Below the pieces are notes generated by a model, which had not been told where the DNA came from, did not search any database, and saw only the letters and a program-made list of their open reading frames with translations. A program made the translations under genes and the position numbers. Below are positions 42,401 to 51,987 of a stretch of 64,000 bases of DNA, piece by piece. The DNA comes from Desulfomonilia bacterium. GTDB taxonomy: Bacteria; Desulfobacterota; Desulfomonilia; UBA1062. The stretch lies in contig JBEKDT010000001.1 in the NCBI GenBank assembly GCA_050014195.1, forward strand, positions 352,001 to 416,000, written 5' to 3'. How positions within the stretch are numbered: position 1 is the first letter of the stretch; every line of letters starts with the position of its first letter.

Positions 42401-42557
42401 CAGGCAGGCTGAGCTGATTTTTCAACTGCTGCTGTACAGCTTTTGTCATTGCTTCGGGTGATCTTGTGGCCAGGTATGATATGAACAAGACGCAACCGAT
42501 AAACACAAGCACGGCCGCAAGCAGGGTTAGGAGTATCCTCTTCAGGATTTTATTCAT
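39429..42557 (-). CDS. AsmA/YhdP-like envelope protein
   Basis: N-terminal TM anchor, long beta-rich body, AsmA-type C-terminus (KIPLVGWVLTG...GTMSDPKV). Confidence 0.75.
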   Translation of the reverse strand: MNKILKRILLTLLAAVLVFIGCVLFISYLATRSPEAMTKAVQQQLKNQLSLPVTIASTRLEWKQGPRVILNKVSIDSPGIINLHIQSVTAYLGIWRLLFGDVSVKKVRLVEPSGEIDLDNLQNLKLKKGTAGRPVVIIWKGSVKFIYQGLDFPLTDLSGRITNDWINLRARSLGGRVLLEADLVKPGKVTFDAYGIPLKQIDTRFKGTANMSFTIEDVKNSKAGSFLLQAKDLSLPYIRGTMKNLIVSAALSGDRQRMSFTDISIKTPLVEVSGKGEIMGLNDMESWKDSILSLEASSKEFDYEKVVSVLPVNLFPDWLKTLLTKQIRSGRSRFSMARYRGSIKDFLSGEALMNNLYVVQDLRGQSFGAGYSPDRVTGITGQVMYTKGDIRFNNLSGFMGQSSLRRVNVALLQILKFWRVYVVIDLDMPAADFIRTWRAAMVPQDIYKLLSPVSKVKGGLVHARVSASYDETLKSPFNAIEDIKIENCTYTWGNKSISGQSGSIHADSYSAPHRIIFTGTFDSIRIKKLDVSLVDPFGKNRSRFFVLADHLHPVGTIALGDASIKLTGSGIGADLKGSLELSTPGITYAASNYTITSQPASAKGNFTTRLESQPRISINDMVIRTPKSSLGGSASIKSDTGSLALSGELHLKDLSCKTAKGLKNLDGLVNGSMKISWDNAVSAEGNLRFNNMVLPYQENPLTINGPVTFSTHVISSDALQIASGETTVVLKGKLSLEKQPYFKGSAVVDGMKTGEGGMTLKGLTDLRADATLKFVNCVFYGLPIEGSSAQAEFKDGILSLTHVDMETVSGNAKGTIQIAADGASTYDLMISIKGADMRKLLRATNIKSIIDGSLDMDGHISGHDDSINGILTISARDGEIRKYELVSQIFSLLNVYKIFQNRDIDFISHHFTYNHLTSTLDITDNVVSFDDFALESNSIQLSAVGKYSITTKKIDANIGVQPLESVDWTVSKIPLVGWVLTGDKGKLIVLNMSLKGTMSDPKVRLEPINTLSNTVAASLLRSLRLPAHLINESLKYLENKKQ

Positions 42558-42642
42558 GTGCGTCCCAAGAGCAATTAGTACAAATTGACACTTAATTGCA
42601 AGTGTCTCTCCTCTTTTCCTTTGTCTTTACTATAGGGATTCC

Positions 42643-42671
42643 TTGACTGCCTACGCGGGAAATGATACACT
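42643..42671 (+). promoter_or_regulatory. Putative sigma70 promoter of serS
   Basis: TTGACT-17 nt-TACACT with TG extension, ending 7 nt before the ATG. Confidence 0.6.
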
Positions 42672-42678
42672 CATTAGT

Positions 42679-43950
42679 ATGTTAGATATTAAATTTATTA
42701 GACAAAATGTAGAATTGGTGAAGAAGGCGCTCCAGAATAGAGGGTATTCCATGCAACTTGACTCCCTCATGGAGAAGGATAATGAGCGAAGGGCCCTCAT
42801 CCAGAAGGCTGAAGATCTCAAGGCTGCCCGTAACCAGTTTTCCATGCGAATTGCGCGGGCCAAAAATGAGGGGGGAGACCTGGAGCAGGAAAAGGCCGAG
42901 ATGCGCAGGATCTCCGATGAGATCAAGGGCCTCGACGGGCAGATCCGCGAAGTGGAAATCGCCATTGAGGCAATCGTCATGGAGATCCCCAATATCCCGC
43001 ATGAGAGCGTACCTGTCGGGTCTGACTCAAGTTATAACCAGGTGGTGCGTACATGGGGTGATAAGCCGCAGTATGACTTTGCTCCCAAGGACCACTGGGA
43101 TGTGGGAGAGAATTTGGGCATTCTCGACTTCAAGCGAGCCGCCAAGATCACCGGTGCAAGGTTCTGCCTCAACTGGGGTGCGGGTGCGGCCCTGGAGCGC
43201 GCACTCATCAGCTTCATGCTCGATGTGCACACAAAAGAACATGGATATACCGAAGTATGGACCCCGTTCATGGTGAACAGGGACAGTATGACCGCCACGG
43301 GCCAGCTCCCGAAATTCGAGGAGGAGCTGTTTCGGACCGATGATTACTTCCTCATTCCCACTGCCGAGGTGCCGGTCACGAACATCTACCGCGACGAGAC
43401 CTTGCAGGAGGAAAAACTGCCCGTGAAGCTGGTTGCGTATACCCCCTGTTTCCGCAGAGAGGCCGGCTCCTACGGCAAGGACACCCGCGGGCTCATCCGG
43501 CAGCACCAGTTCGACAAGGTGGAGGTCGTGCGGTTCGCACATCCCGAAAGGTCCTTCACGGATCTGGAAGAGCTCACCAATGATGCCGAGGATATCCTCA
43601 AGAAGCTCGGGCTCCACTATCGGGTGGTAGTGCTCTGCACCGGCGATCTGGGGTTCTCTTCCTCCAAGACCTATGACCTTGAGGTGTGGATGCCTGCACA
43701 GGGTGTATACCGGGAGATCTCTTCCTGCAGCAACTTTTTCGACTTCCAGGCCCGCAGGGGCCAGATCCGTTTCAAGGCGAAACAGGGTAAGAAGACCGAG
43801 TTCTGCCACACGCTCAACGGGAGCGGCCTGGCTGTGGGAAGGACGCTTGCAGCCATCCTGGAGAACTACCAGCAGGGAGATGGGACGGTCAAGGTCCCCG
43901 AGGCGCTCAAGCCCTACATGGGAGTTGACCTCATAACGCCCATCGGTTAA
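42679..43950 (+). CDS. serS: Serine--tRNA ligase
   Basis: [25 protein letters not shown]...[20 protein letters not shown]. Confidence 0.97.
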   Translation: MLDIKFIRQNVELVKKALQNRGYSMQLDSLMEKDNERRALIQKAEDLKAARNQFSMRIARAKNEGGDLEQEKAEMRRISDEIKGLDGQIREVEIAIEAIVMEIPNIPHESVPVGSDSSYNQVVRTWGDKPQYDFAPKDHWDVGENLGILDFKRAAKITGARFCLNWGAGAALERALISFMLDVHTKEHGYTEVWTPFMVNRDSMTATGQLPKFEEELFRTDDYFLIPTAEVPVTNIYRDETLQEEKLPVKLVAYTPCFRREAGSYGKDTRGLIRQHQFDKVEVVRFAHPERSFTDLEELTNDAEDILKKLGLHYRVVVLCTGDLGFSSSKTYDLEVWMPAQGVYREISSCSNFFDFQARRGQIRFKAKQGKKTEFCHTLNGSGLAVGRTLAAILENYQQGDGTVKVPEALKPYMGVDLITPIG

Positions 43951-43964
43951 TGGTAAATTCGTGC

Positions 43965-44052
43965 GGAGGGATGGCCGAGTGGTTGAAGGCGGCGGTCTTG
44001 AAAACCGTTGTACTGTAAGGTACCGCGGGTTCGAATCCTGCTCCCTCCGCCA
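43965..44052 (+). tRNA. tRNA-Ser(TGA)
   Basis: GGAGGGA/TCCCTCC acceptor, GCGGT-CT-TGA-AA-ACCGT anticodon arm, long variable arm, encoded CCA. Confidence 0.96.
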
Positions 44053-44158
44053 TGTTTTATTAATGAATGCATCTTTAAGACCTTCGGCACAGACAATCGT
44101 AAGCGTCTTGATTTCTAAAAAGTTGGTGTATGCTGCAAAGAGTACAACAGGGCCTCTT

Positions 44159-44285
44159 ATTCCAATTCTCAATCAAAGATGATATCGAGGAGGCAAGGAA
44201 GAGGCGACGCAGGCGTACTTTTATAGTACGTTGAGGAGCCGATGACGAAGCCGACAAGGATAGCGCTTTGATTGAGAATTGGAAT
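44159..44285. repeat. 127-bp palindromic element with perfect 20-bp terminal inverted repeats (MITE/RPE-like)
   Basis: ATTCCAATTCTCAATCAAAG (44159-44178) and CTTTGATTGAGAATTGGAAT (44266-44285); central CGTAC...GTACG hairpin. Confidence 0.75.
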
Positions 44286-45256
44286 TACTCCTCGTCCTGA
44301 TAGCTCCTCGTATAGAGGTGGCGGTTGTAGATGCTGGAGAAGGCGGAGAAAGATTCTTCTTCGGGCGTTGCCTCTATGATGGAGCATATGCCGGTCAGCT
44401 TTGCATCGAGGTCGTCCATCATATGGAGGAAGATGGCCTCTTTGGTCATGGGCAGCTTGGGCGAGCCGAATTCAAGCTGACCGTGATGGCCCAGGATCAT
44501 ATGAAGGAGCTGGAGCTTGAGTTCCTTCGGAAAGCCCTCAATGGATGATGCCTCCTGGTCCACCATATTTGCGGAAAGGTAGATATGCCCCAGGAGCCTG
44601 CCCATCGGGGTAATGTCTATGATCTTGGTGTAGGTGTACTCATATATCTTGCCGAGGTCGTGGAGCATAGCGCCGACAACCAGCATATCCCGGTTGAAGC
44701 CCACATGGACATAGACGGGCAATAATGCATCGATAGCCCTTAAGACAAAGATTGTATGCTCCAGCAGGCCCCCTATGTAGTTATGGTGTATCCCTTTGGC
44801 GGCAGGGGCCTTCATGAACCCTTCCCTTACCCCTTCCCTGGCAAAGATCCGCTCGATGAGGTGGCGCAGGTGATTGTTTTTGATGCCGGAGCAGGACTGC
44901 TCGAACTCATCCATCATGGATGTCATATCCCGGCCGGTGGAAGGCACAAGACTTGCTATTTCCACATCCTGGTCGGAGAGTTTTGTGATCTTCTCGATCC
45001 TGAGTTGCAGGCGGTTTTCGTATGACTCGGCACTTGCCCTTACCCCTACTACGTCACCAGGGGCAATGCTTGAAACCTGCTCCTGTGCTTCATCCCAGAC
45101 CATTCCGAGGATGTCACCGGTCTTGTCGGAGAGGATGATTTTACCATAGGGCTTGCCATTGCGGGCTGTGAGCAGCCTGCGTTCGGAGACCAAAAACACC
45201 GCCTTTACACGGTCGCCGTCCCCGATCTCACTGATAAAACGTCCCTTTGAAATCAT
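44285..45256 (-). CDS. OB-fold plus HD domain protein (YhaM/Cbf1-like 3'-5' exonuclease)
   Basis: N-terminal OB fold, PAAKGIHH..GGLLEHT, LHDLGK, HHGQLEFGSP, DDLDAK. Confidence 0.88.
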   Translation of the reverse strand: MISKGRFISEIGDGDRVKAVFLVSERRLLTARNGKPYGKIILSDKTGDILGMVWDEAQEQVSSIAPGDVVGVRASAESYENRLQLRIEKITKLSDQDVEIASLVPSTGRDMTSMMDEFEQSCSGIKNNHLRHLIERIFAREGVREGFMKAPAAKGIHHNYIGGLLEHTIFVLRAIDALLPVYVHVGFNRDMLVVGAMLHDLGKIYEYTYTKIIDITPMGRLLGHIYLSANMVDQEASSIEGFPKELKLQLLHMILGHHGQLEFGSPKLPMTKEAIFLHMMDDLDAKLTGICSIIEATPEEESFSAFSSIYNRHLYTRSYQDEE

Positions 45257-45323
45257 GTGTCTCCCTTTGTAGGGATTTTTGTATCATATACGCGAAGTTT
45301 TAACAGCCGGAATTATACTATTC

Positions 45324-46637
45324 CTACAGAATGTATCTGCTTAGGTCTTCCCTGCTCATAAGCGGCCCCAGACGCTGCTTGACATATGCTTCATCGACCA
45401 CAACAGAGCCCTCGAGCTCTTTCGATGCAAAGGAGATGTCCTCCAGCAGTTTCTCAAGCACGGTATGAAGTCTGCGGGCCCCGATGTTCTCGGTATGGTC
45501 ATTGATGTACTGGGCGATGGCAGCGATCTCTTTGACGGCATCGTCCGTGAAGACAAGGTCGACCCCCTCGGTGGCCAGCAGGGCCTGATACTGCTTGATG
45601 AGGGCATTCTTGGGCTCCATGAGGATGCGGACAAAATCTTCTTTGCTCAGGTGATTGAGCTCCTCCCGAATGGGGAAGCGGCCCTGAAGCTCGGGTATGA
45701 GGTCGGAGGGCTTGCTCACATGGAAGGCCCCTGAACCGATGAACAGGATATGGTCCGTGTTTACGGGCCCGAACTTGGTGTTCACCGTGGTCCCCTCCAC
45801 GATGGGCAGCAGGTCGCGCTGCACCCCTTCACGTGACACGTCGGGGCCACGGCCCGATTCCCTGCCTGCAATCTTGTCCAGCTCGTCTATGAACACGATA
45901 CCGGAGTTCTCCACCCGGACCCTAGCCTCCTGGTTTACCTTGTCCATGTCGATGAGGCGGCCCACTTCCTGGCTGGTGATGAACTCGAGGGCCTCTTTCA
46001 CGCTCATGCGTCTTCGGCGGGTGCGCTTGGGGAGGATGGACGAGAACATCTCCTTGAAGTCGATGCCCATCTCTTCCAGCCCCTGGCCCGAGAAGATCTC
46101 AACGGTGGGCATCTGGGTCTCGCGTGACTCCACCTCGATGAACCGATCGTCAAGTGCCCCATCCTCGAGCATCTTCTTCATTTTGTCCCTGCTCTCCATA
46201 TGGAGCTCCGCATCTTTCTGGGGCGGCAGCAGATAATCCAGCACCCGCTCCCTGGCGATATCGGCGGCCTTGTCCCTGACCTTTTCGCTCTCTTCGGCCT
46301 GGACCATCTGGATGCCCATCCTCATGAGATCACGGATAATGGACTCCACATCCCTGCCTACATAGCCCACCTCGGTGAACTTGGATGCCTCAACTTTTAT
46401 AAAGGGTGCACCCGAGAGTTTTGCAAGCCTTCGGGCAATCTCGGTCTTTCCCACGCCGGTGGGTCCGATGAGGATGATATTCTTCGGGTATATGTCATCC
46501 TTCATCTCGGGGGCTACCATCTGGCGCCTCCATCGGTTCCTCAGTGCTATAGCCACTGCGCGCTTGGCCTTGTCCTGGCCGACGATGTAGCGGTCGAGCT
46601 CGGCAACGATCTGTTTGGGTGTGAGGTTGCTCATCAC
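45324..46637 (-). CDS. hslU: ATP-dependent protease ATPase subunit HslU
   Basis: [38 protein letters not shown]. Confidence 0.97.
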   Translation of the reverse strand: MMSNLTPKQIVAELDRYIVGQDKAKRAVAIALRNRWRRQMVAPEMKDDIYPKNIILIGPTGVGKTEIARRLAKLSGAPFIKVEASKFTEVGYVGRDVESIIRDLMRMGIQMVQAEESEKVRDKAADIARERVLDYLLPPQKDAELHMESRDKMKKMLEDGALDDRFIEVESRETQMPTVEIFSGQGLEEMGIDFKEMFSSILPKRTRRRRMSVKEALEFITSQEVGRLIDMDKVNQEARVRVENSGIVFIDELDKIAGRESGRGPDVSREGVQRDLLPIVEGTTVNTKFGPVNTDHILFIGSGAFHVSKPSDLIPELQGRFPIREELNHLSKEDFVRILMEPKNALIKQYQALLATEGVDLVFTDDAVKEIAAIAQYINDHTENIGARRLHTVLEKLLEDISFASKELEGSVVVDEAYVKQRLGPLMSREDLSRYIL

Positions 46638-47167
46638 AGTTCCTCATAGTGTATGGCTTTATTCGTATAGATGCAGATATCGGATGCAATCTCCATGGCA
46701 TTGGCCGCAATGTCCTTTGCAGACAGGTCGGTATGCTTCAAGAGGGCCTTGGCTGCGGCAAAGGCGTACTGGCCGCCGGAGCCGATACCGCAGACATCGC
46801 CATCCGGCTCCACCACATCGCCGGTTCCTGAAAGGATGAAGGTGTTTAAGGTATCGGCCACGATCATGAGGGCCTCCAGCCTCCTGAGCACCCGGTCGGT
46901 CCTCCAGTCTTTTCCCATTTCAACAGCGGCCCTGGTGAGGTTGCCGCGGTACTCCTTCAGTTTTTCTTCGAAGCGCTCAAAGAGCGTAAATGCATCCGAG
47001 GTGGAACCGGCAAAGCCTGCCAGGACTTTGTCGTCATAGATCTTCCTCACCTTCTTTGCCTTGCCTTTAAGGATCACATTATTCATGGTCACCTGGCCGT
47101 CGCCGGCCATCACCACTTTCCCTTCCTTTCTTACGCATAATATGGTGGTCCCGTGGATCTCCATCAT
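46634..47167 (-). CDS. hslV: Protease subunit HslV
   Basis: GTTILCV, GDGQVT, GSGG, ICIYTN. Confidence 0.97.
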   Translation of the reverse strand: MMEIHGTTILCVRKEGKVVMAGDGQVTMNNVILKGKAKKVRKIYDDKVLAGFAGSTSDAFTLFERFEEKLKEYRGNLTRAAVEMGKDWRTDRVLRRLEALMIVADTLNTFILSGTGDVVEPDGDVCGIGSGGQYAFAAAKALLKHTDLSAKDIAANAMEIASDICIYTNKAIHYEEL

Positions 47168-48042
47168 CCCTCCTTTGCCTTCGGATGAGCTTTATCATAC
47201 ACATCCATGAGTTTGTCCACACTCAAGTGGGTGTAGCGCTGGGTGGTGGAGAGGCTTACATGCCCCAGCATCTCCTGGATGGATCTGAGGTCGGCACCCG
47301 CATCCAGCATGTGGCTTGCAAAGGTGTGCCGTATTACATGGGGGCTCACATGCTTGGCGAGCGCGGCATGCAAAGACCACTGGGAGATTATCCGCCTGAT
47401 GCTCCTCGATCGCATAGGGCCTCCCCTGCTGTTTAAAAACAAGGGCTCGGTGCAGTATATCGGGTCATTGATGCCCCTTGTTTTCAGATAACTGCCGATG
47501 GCATTGATCGCCCGGGTACCGATGGGCACATGCCGCTGCTTGGAACCCTTTCCTATGACCATGATAAAACCTTCGTTCACATCCACATCACAGCACTTCA
47601 TGGTCTCTGCCTCTCCCACCCGTATACCCGTAGAGTAGAACAGCTCGAGGATAGCCCTGTCACGGGGATCATCTACCGCATCGATAAGGTCGAACATCTC
47701 GTCGTGGCTTAAGAACTTCGGCAGGCTGTCCCGTTGCTTGAGAGACCTCACATGGCCGAAAGGGTTCATGGGAAGGCCGGTGGAACGCATCACGAAGGAG
47801 AAAAATCCCTTGATGGCGCTCAGCTTGCGGTTGACCGAGGTGCGGTTGTAGCGGGTCCTGAGCCTGAGCATATACGAGCGCACCATACGACGGTCTGGGA
47901 TGCCGGCCTGGTGCTCGGTAATGAATGTGATGAAATCCCTGATATCGTTTACGTACGCCCGGTAGGTTTCCCTGGAAAATCCTCTACTGTCCAACAGCAC
48001 GAGGGCATAGCGGTTCAGCAGGGCCTCGTAGTCCAGATCCAT
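47164..48042 (-). CDS. xerC: Tyrosine recombinase XerC
   Basis: [27 protein letters not shown]...TTQRYTH; canonical xerC-hslVU context. Confidence 0.88.
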   Translation of the reverse strand: MDLDYEALLNRYALVLLDSRGFSRETYRAYVNDIRDFITFITEHQAGIPDRRMVRSYMLRLRTRYNRTSVNRKLSAIKGFFSFVMRSTGLPMNPFGHVRSLKQRDSLPKFLSHDEMFDLIDAVDDPRDRAILELFYSTGIRVGEAETMKCCDVDVNEGFIMVIGKGSKQRHVPIGTRAINAIGSYLKTRGINDPIYCTEPLFLNSRGGPMRSRSIRRIISQWSLHAALAKHVSPHVIRHTFASHMLDAGADLRSIQEMLGHVSLSTTQRYTHLSVDKLMDVYDKAHPKAKEG

Positions 48043-48189
48043 AGTGCGTTTTTTACACCCTGGATGTGTTTTTATCAAGGCCGTGATGGGTTGCAAAGGT
48101 CGGTGTAATCCTGTCTTGTCAAGGCAATGGTATTATGAAATAGTAGTTAATGTTACCCTTTAAAGACATCCCAAACTGGAGGTGGCAAC

Positions 48190-49479
48190 ATGGCGAACGT
48201 GGTCATTGTCGACGGAGTAAGGACGGCTGTGGGCGGCTTCGGAGGGACGCTGAAGGATGTCCCCGCCAAAGAGCTGGGCTCCCTTGTAATACACGAACTC
48301 CTTGTCAAGAACGGACTCAAGCCGGAGGTCTCCGCTTCGAGCAAAGAAGCAGCACCTGATGTTTTCAAGAATGCAGGCCTGTCGGCCATTGAAGAGAAAT
48401 ACTCCGGCTGGCCCAAGGACCTCAAGGGCATCACCATCGATGAGGTGATCATGGGCAACGTGCTCTCGTCAGGCCAGGGACAAAACCCTGCCAGGCAGGC
48501 AATGATCATGGCAGGGCTGCCCAAGGAGACCGGCGCGTTCACCATCAACAAGGTCTGCGCCTCGGGCATGAAGGCCATTGCCCTGGCTGCGGCATCCATC
48601 AAATCAGGCGACAACAACGTGGTCATTGCAGGCGGCATGGAGAACATGAGCGACGTGCCCATAGCACTGCCCAAGGCCCGCTGGGGCTACCGCATGGACA
48701 TGCCCTACGGCAAGACCATGGACCTCATGGTATTCGACGGCCTCTATGAGATCTTTTACGGCTACCACATGGGCATAACGGCCGAGAACATCGCCGAGAA
48801 ATACGGCATCACCAGGGCCGATCAAGACAAGATGGGGCTCGACAGTCACAAACGCGCGCTTGCTGCAATCAAATCCGGTATCTTGAAGGGGGAGATCGTG
48901 CCCGTGAAGATCCCGCAGAAAAAGGGCGACCCTCTCATCTTCGATACAGACGAAAGGCCGATGGACACCACATTAGAAAAGATGGGCAAGCTTGCCACCG
49001 TGTTCAAGAAGGACGGTACGGTTACTGCAGGCAATGCTTCAGGCATAAATGACGCTGCCGCTGCGTGCCTGGTCATGAATGAAGACAAGGCCAAGGAGTT
49101 GGGGCTCAAGCCCATTGCCCGGATAAAGGGCTATGCAACAGGAGGCGTGGACCCGTCATACATGGGGCTTGGTCCTATCCCGGCGGTTAGGAAACTGCTG
49201 AAGATCACCAAGACCTCGGTGAAGGACTACGGCCTCTTCGAGGTGAACGAGGCCTTCGCATCCCAGGCTATTGCATGCATGCGGGAATTGAATATGGACT
49301 GGAGCATCACCAACGTGAACGGCTCAGGCATCTCCATCGGCCACCCCATAGGCTGCACGGGCGCCCGTCTCATGATCGCACTGGCCAACGAAATGAAGCG
49401 GCGCGGCGTGGGGCTCGGCATGGCATCGCTCTGCATCGGCGGCGGTATGGGTATGGCAATGTCCATCGAACTGGTCTGA
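48190..49479 (+). CDS. Acetyl-CoA C-acetyltransferase (thiolase)
   Basis: NKVCASG, NEAFA, GHPIG, CIGGG. Confidence 0.95.
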   Translation: MANVVIVDGVRTAVGGFGGTLKDVPAKELGSLVIHELLVKNGLKPEVSASSKEAAPDVFKNAGLSAIEEKYSGWPKDLKGITIDEVIMGNVLSSGQGQNPARQAMIMAGLPKETGAFTINKVCASGMKAIALAAASIKSGDNNVVIAGGMENMSDVPIALPKARWGYRMDMPYGKTMDLMVFDGLYEIFYGYHMGITAENIAEKYGITRADQDKMGLDSHKRALAAIKSGILKGEIVPVKIPQKKGDPLIFDTDERPMDTTLEKMGKLATVFKKDGTVTAGNASGINDAAAACLVMNEDKAKELGLKPIARIKGYATGGVDPSYMGLGPIPAVRKLLKITKTSVKDYGLFEVNEAFASQAIACMRELNMDWSITNVNGSGISIGHPIGCTGARLMIALANEMKRRGVGLGMASLCIGGGMGMAMSIELV

Positions 49480-49489
49480 CTAATTCCCT

Positions 49490-49540
49490 GTCCCCTTTAC
49501 AAAAAAAGGGGTTGCCCCCCCTTTGCGGGGGGGCAGGGGT
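49490..49540. terminator. GC-rich hairpins between convergent genes (possible bidirectional terminator)
   Basis: CCCCTTT..AAAGGGG stem, then a TGCCCCCC..GGGGGGCA stem. Confidence 0.55.
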
Positions 49541-49545
49541 ATAGG

Positions 49546-50907
49546 CTATTCCAGATCCTTACTCCGACTGACCTGGAACAAGACTATCATGATCATGAGC
49601 AGGACAGCTGCGATGGGGGTTGGTGCAGTGTGAGCCGTCTCGATGAGACATCCGCCACCACCACCGCCGCCTGATTCGGCAGAACTCACGGCATTGCTCG
49701 TATCACTGGTCTGCGAAGAATCCTGAGTCGAACTTGTCGATGTATCGGTATTTCCCTCGGCAACGAGCGCCTCATAGGCATTCACACAACCGCCGGTTGC
49801 AACCATGCTAGACCCTGTGCTCGGAGTTTTGGTCGCTGAACTCAGGATGATTTGCCGGAGCGTCACGTAATTCATATTTGGTGACTGGGAGAGTACCATT
49901 GCTGCTACACCGGTGACAAAGGGGGTGGCAAACGAAGTGCCTGCCGCATTGGAGACATAACCGTCGTTAATCGTGGTAGTCGTGATACCGACCCCGGGCG
50001 CCATGATTTGAACGGTCTTTGATCCGTAATTGGAGAACGATGCAATGCTGCCGTCAGTGTCCATGGCAGCTACTGCGATTACGTTGTCATAAGGACAGTT
50101 CGAAGGATAGTGGACGCTCGTGTCATTGTCCTGCCCGTTGTTCCCTGCGGATGCAACGAACAGCACCCCCTTGCTTTTCGCGTATGCAATAGCATCATCT
50201 AATGACTTGGATTGTTCATAAAAGCCCCAGCTTGCATTGATGATCTGTGCCCCGTGGTCTACTGCATAGTAGATGGCATTCACTGCATCCGAGAGATTCC
50301 CTGTAGTCTGGCCATCATTGTTCAGCTTCATGAACTTGACCGGCATGATTGCAATGTTTATATCCCAGTCCACCCCTGCGATACCAATGCCGTTATTGCC
50401 GACAGCTCCGAAGATGCCGCACACCTTGGTGCCATGCCCCGAGTCGTCTTCCGGGGTACCGTCATTATTTGCAAAATCATACCCGGGGATAATCCGGCCC
50501 TGCAGATCCGGATGATTCATATCCACACCGGAGTCGATGACGGCAATGACAACCTGCTGGCCAGCACCTTGCTGGGTAATAAGGTCCCATGCACTTTCGA
50601 TACCTAGTTCGCTCCACTCGCCCGTATACGGCCAGTCATCAGGAACAGTCTCTGCCTCGATGATATAGTTCGGTTCAACATATTCTACATCCTCACTTGC
50701 AGAGAGCTCTTCGATGGCCTTGTCCGCATCGTCCACAGCCATGGTAACCGGCCGTTCTACCGAGGCAACCTCGGATGAAAGGCCTTGTGGATTCTTTGTC
50801 TTGAACTTCACGATTACTTCATCCGTGCGGTATCCGGCTGCATTCAGCGAGAAGGCCATCAGGACGAAAACCAGGAGACCGATAGAAAATGTTCTGTAGT
50901 CTTTCAC
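49546..50907 (-). CDS. Secreted S8 subtilase with Gly-rich/Cys C-terminal anchor
   Basis: Signal peptide; triad IDSG, HGT, GTSFATP; Ser/Thr linker, GGGGGGGCLIETA, TM helix. Confidence 0.92.
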   Translation of the reverse strand: MKDYRTFSIGLLVFVLMAFSLNAAGYRTDEVIVKFKTKNPQGLSSEVASVERPVTMAVDDADKAIEELSASEDVEYVEPNYIIEAETVPDDWPYTGEWSELGIESAWDLITQQGAGQQVVIAVIDSGVDMNHPDLQGRIIPGYDFANNDGTPEDDSGHGTKVCGIFGAVGNNGIGIAGVDWDINIAIMPVKFMKLNNDGQTTGNLSDAVNAIYYAVDHGAQIINASWGFYEQSKSLDDAIAYAKSKGVLFVASAGNNGQDNDTSVHYPSNCPYDNVIAVAAMDTDGSIASFSNYGSKTVQIMAPGVGITTTTINDGYVSNAAGTSFATPFVTGVAAMVLSQSPNMNYVTLRQIILSSATKTPSTGSSMVATGGCVNAYEALVAEGNTDTSTSSTQDSSQTSDTSNAVSSAESGGGGGGGCLIETAHTAPTPIAAVLLMIMIVLFQVSRSKDLE

Positions 50908-50947
50908 CTTATACCCCCCAGATCGAGTACGATCTGGGGTTACTAAG

Positions 50948-50962
50948 GCAAGGTGAATGCCA
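50948..50962 (-). promoter_or_regulatory. Sigma54 promoter of the subtilase gene
   Basis: Minus strand reads TGGCAT-TCACC-TTGC. Upstream are an AT-rich tract and a TGTAAT-N4-ATTACA palindrome. Confidence 0.7.
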
Positions 50963-51176
50963 AAGTATTGTCGATAGCGATTATTATTTATTAATCATAT
51001 AAATCAGTATGTTATAAAGCAATAGTCATACTTATGACTACTTTAGGGCAGTTACACTCGGTGCATCCTTGTAATCCGAATTACAATCCGTGGTATCTGG
51101 TTTGTAACTGGACGTAACTGGATTTGATGATCAGCGCACTTCCGTATAGGTCAAGTCTTTGGCTGTAATCGCAGTC

Positions 51177-51977
51177 TCATAAAGCCCCTCGGAGAAATTT
51201 CTTATACCTTTTGCTGAATAAATAATATTGCTCAGGTGTAATATCCTGAGGCCGTGACCCAAGATGGATGCCTGCATATTCGGCGAGCTTATCCAGGGTG
51301 TCCTCATCCATATCGGGCAACCGGGCAAGGGTGTTCTTGAGGGTCTTCCTCCTCTGACCGAAGGCGCATGCCGCTACGCTTCTGTACACATCCGTATCTG
51401 TGGGGGGTATAGGAGACATCTTCGGGCTCAGCTTGATCACCAGGGAATCGACCTTGGGCTTGGGGAAGAAGTTGTTCGGCCCGACAAGAAACCCGGGGGA
51501 TGCATCAAATCCTGCGGCTACCACCACGCTCAAGTATGAATATGCCTTATCACCGACATGCGCACAGATCCTCTGTGCAACCTCCTTCTGGAGCATGACA
51601 ACGACTGAATCAATGCGATGAGCTTGATCAACCAGCCTTATAATAAGCTGCGTGGCAATATTGTACGGCAAATTGGCCACTATTTTCGCCCTGTCAGGAA
51701 TTATCTGCCCCAGGTCACTTTCCAGGATATCCTGATGAATTAGCGCAATGCCATCAGAGTTATTGAAAGCATCGAGGAGGCTCTCATAAAGATGGTCGTC
51801 CTTTTCTATTGCAATGACATAAGATGCATGCTTCAGGAGTACTCTCGTAAGCATGCCCCTGCCCGGCCCGACCTCCACCACTGTGTCATCTTTGCTGATG
51901 TCAGCGAGGGATGCCATCTTTCCAGCGATCCCTATATTTTTCAGGAAGTTCTGACCCAGTGAACGTTTTGGCCTCAT
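51177..51977 (-). CDS. rsmA: 16S rRNA dimethyltransferase RsmA/KsgA
   Basis: SLGQNFL, EVGPGRG, ANLPYNI, QRRKTL. Confidence 0.95.
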   Translation of the reverse strand: MRPKRSLGQNFLKNIGIAGKMASLADISKDDTVVEVGPGRGMLTRVLLKHASYVIAIEKDDHLYESLLDAFNNSDGIALIHQDILESDLGQIIPDRAKIVANLPYNIATQLIIRLVDQAHRIDSVVVMLQKEVAQRICAHVGDKAYSYLSVVVAAGFDASPGFLVGPNNFFPKPKVDSLVIKLSPKMSPIPPTDTDVYRSVAACAFGQRRKTLKNTLARLPDMDEDTLDKLAEYAGIHLGSRPQDITPEQYYLFSKRYKKFLRGAL

Positions 51978-51987
51978 AGTGACTCTT

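Noticed and set aside
43027-44172. 381-aa antisense ORF
   Set aside because: Overlaps serS and tRNA-Ser in antisense; a codon-bias shadow.
47164-48042. Tyrosine recombinase as a possible island integrase
   Set aside because: XerC-like size and motifs in the conserved xerC-hslV-hslU operon; no att sites or cargo genes.
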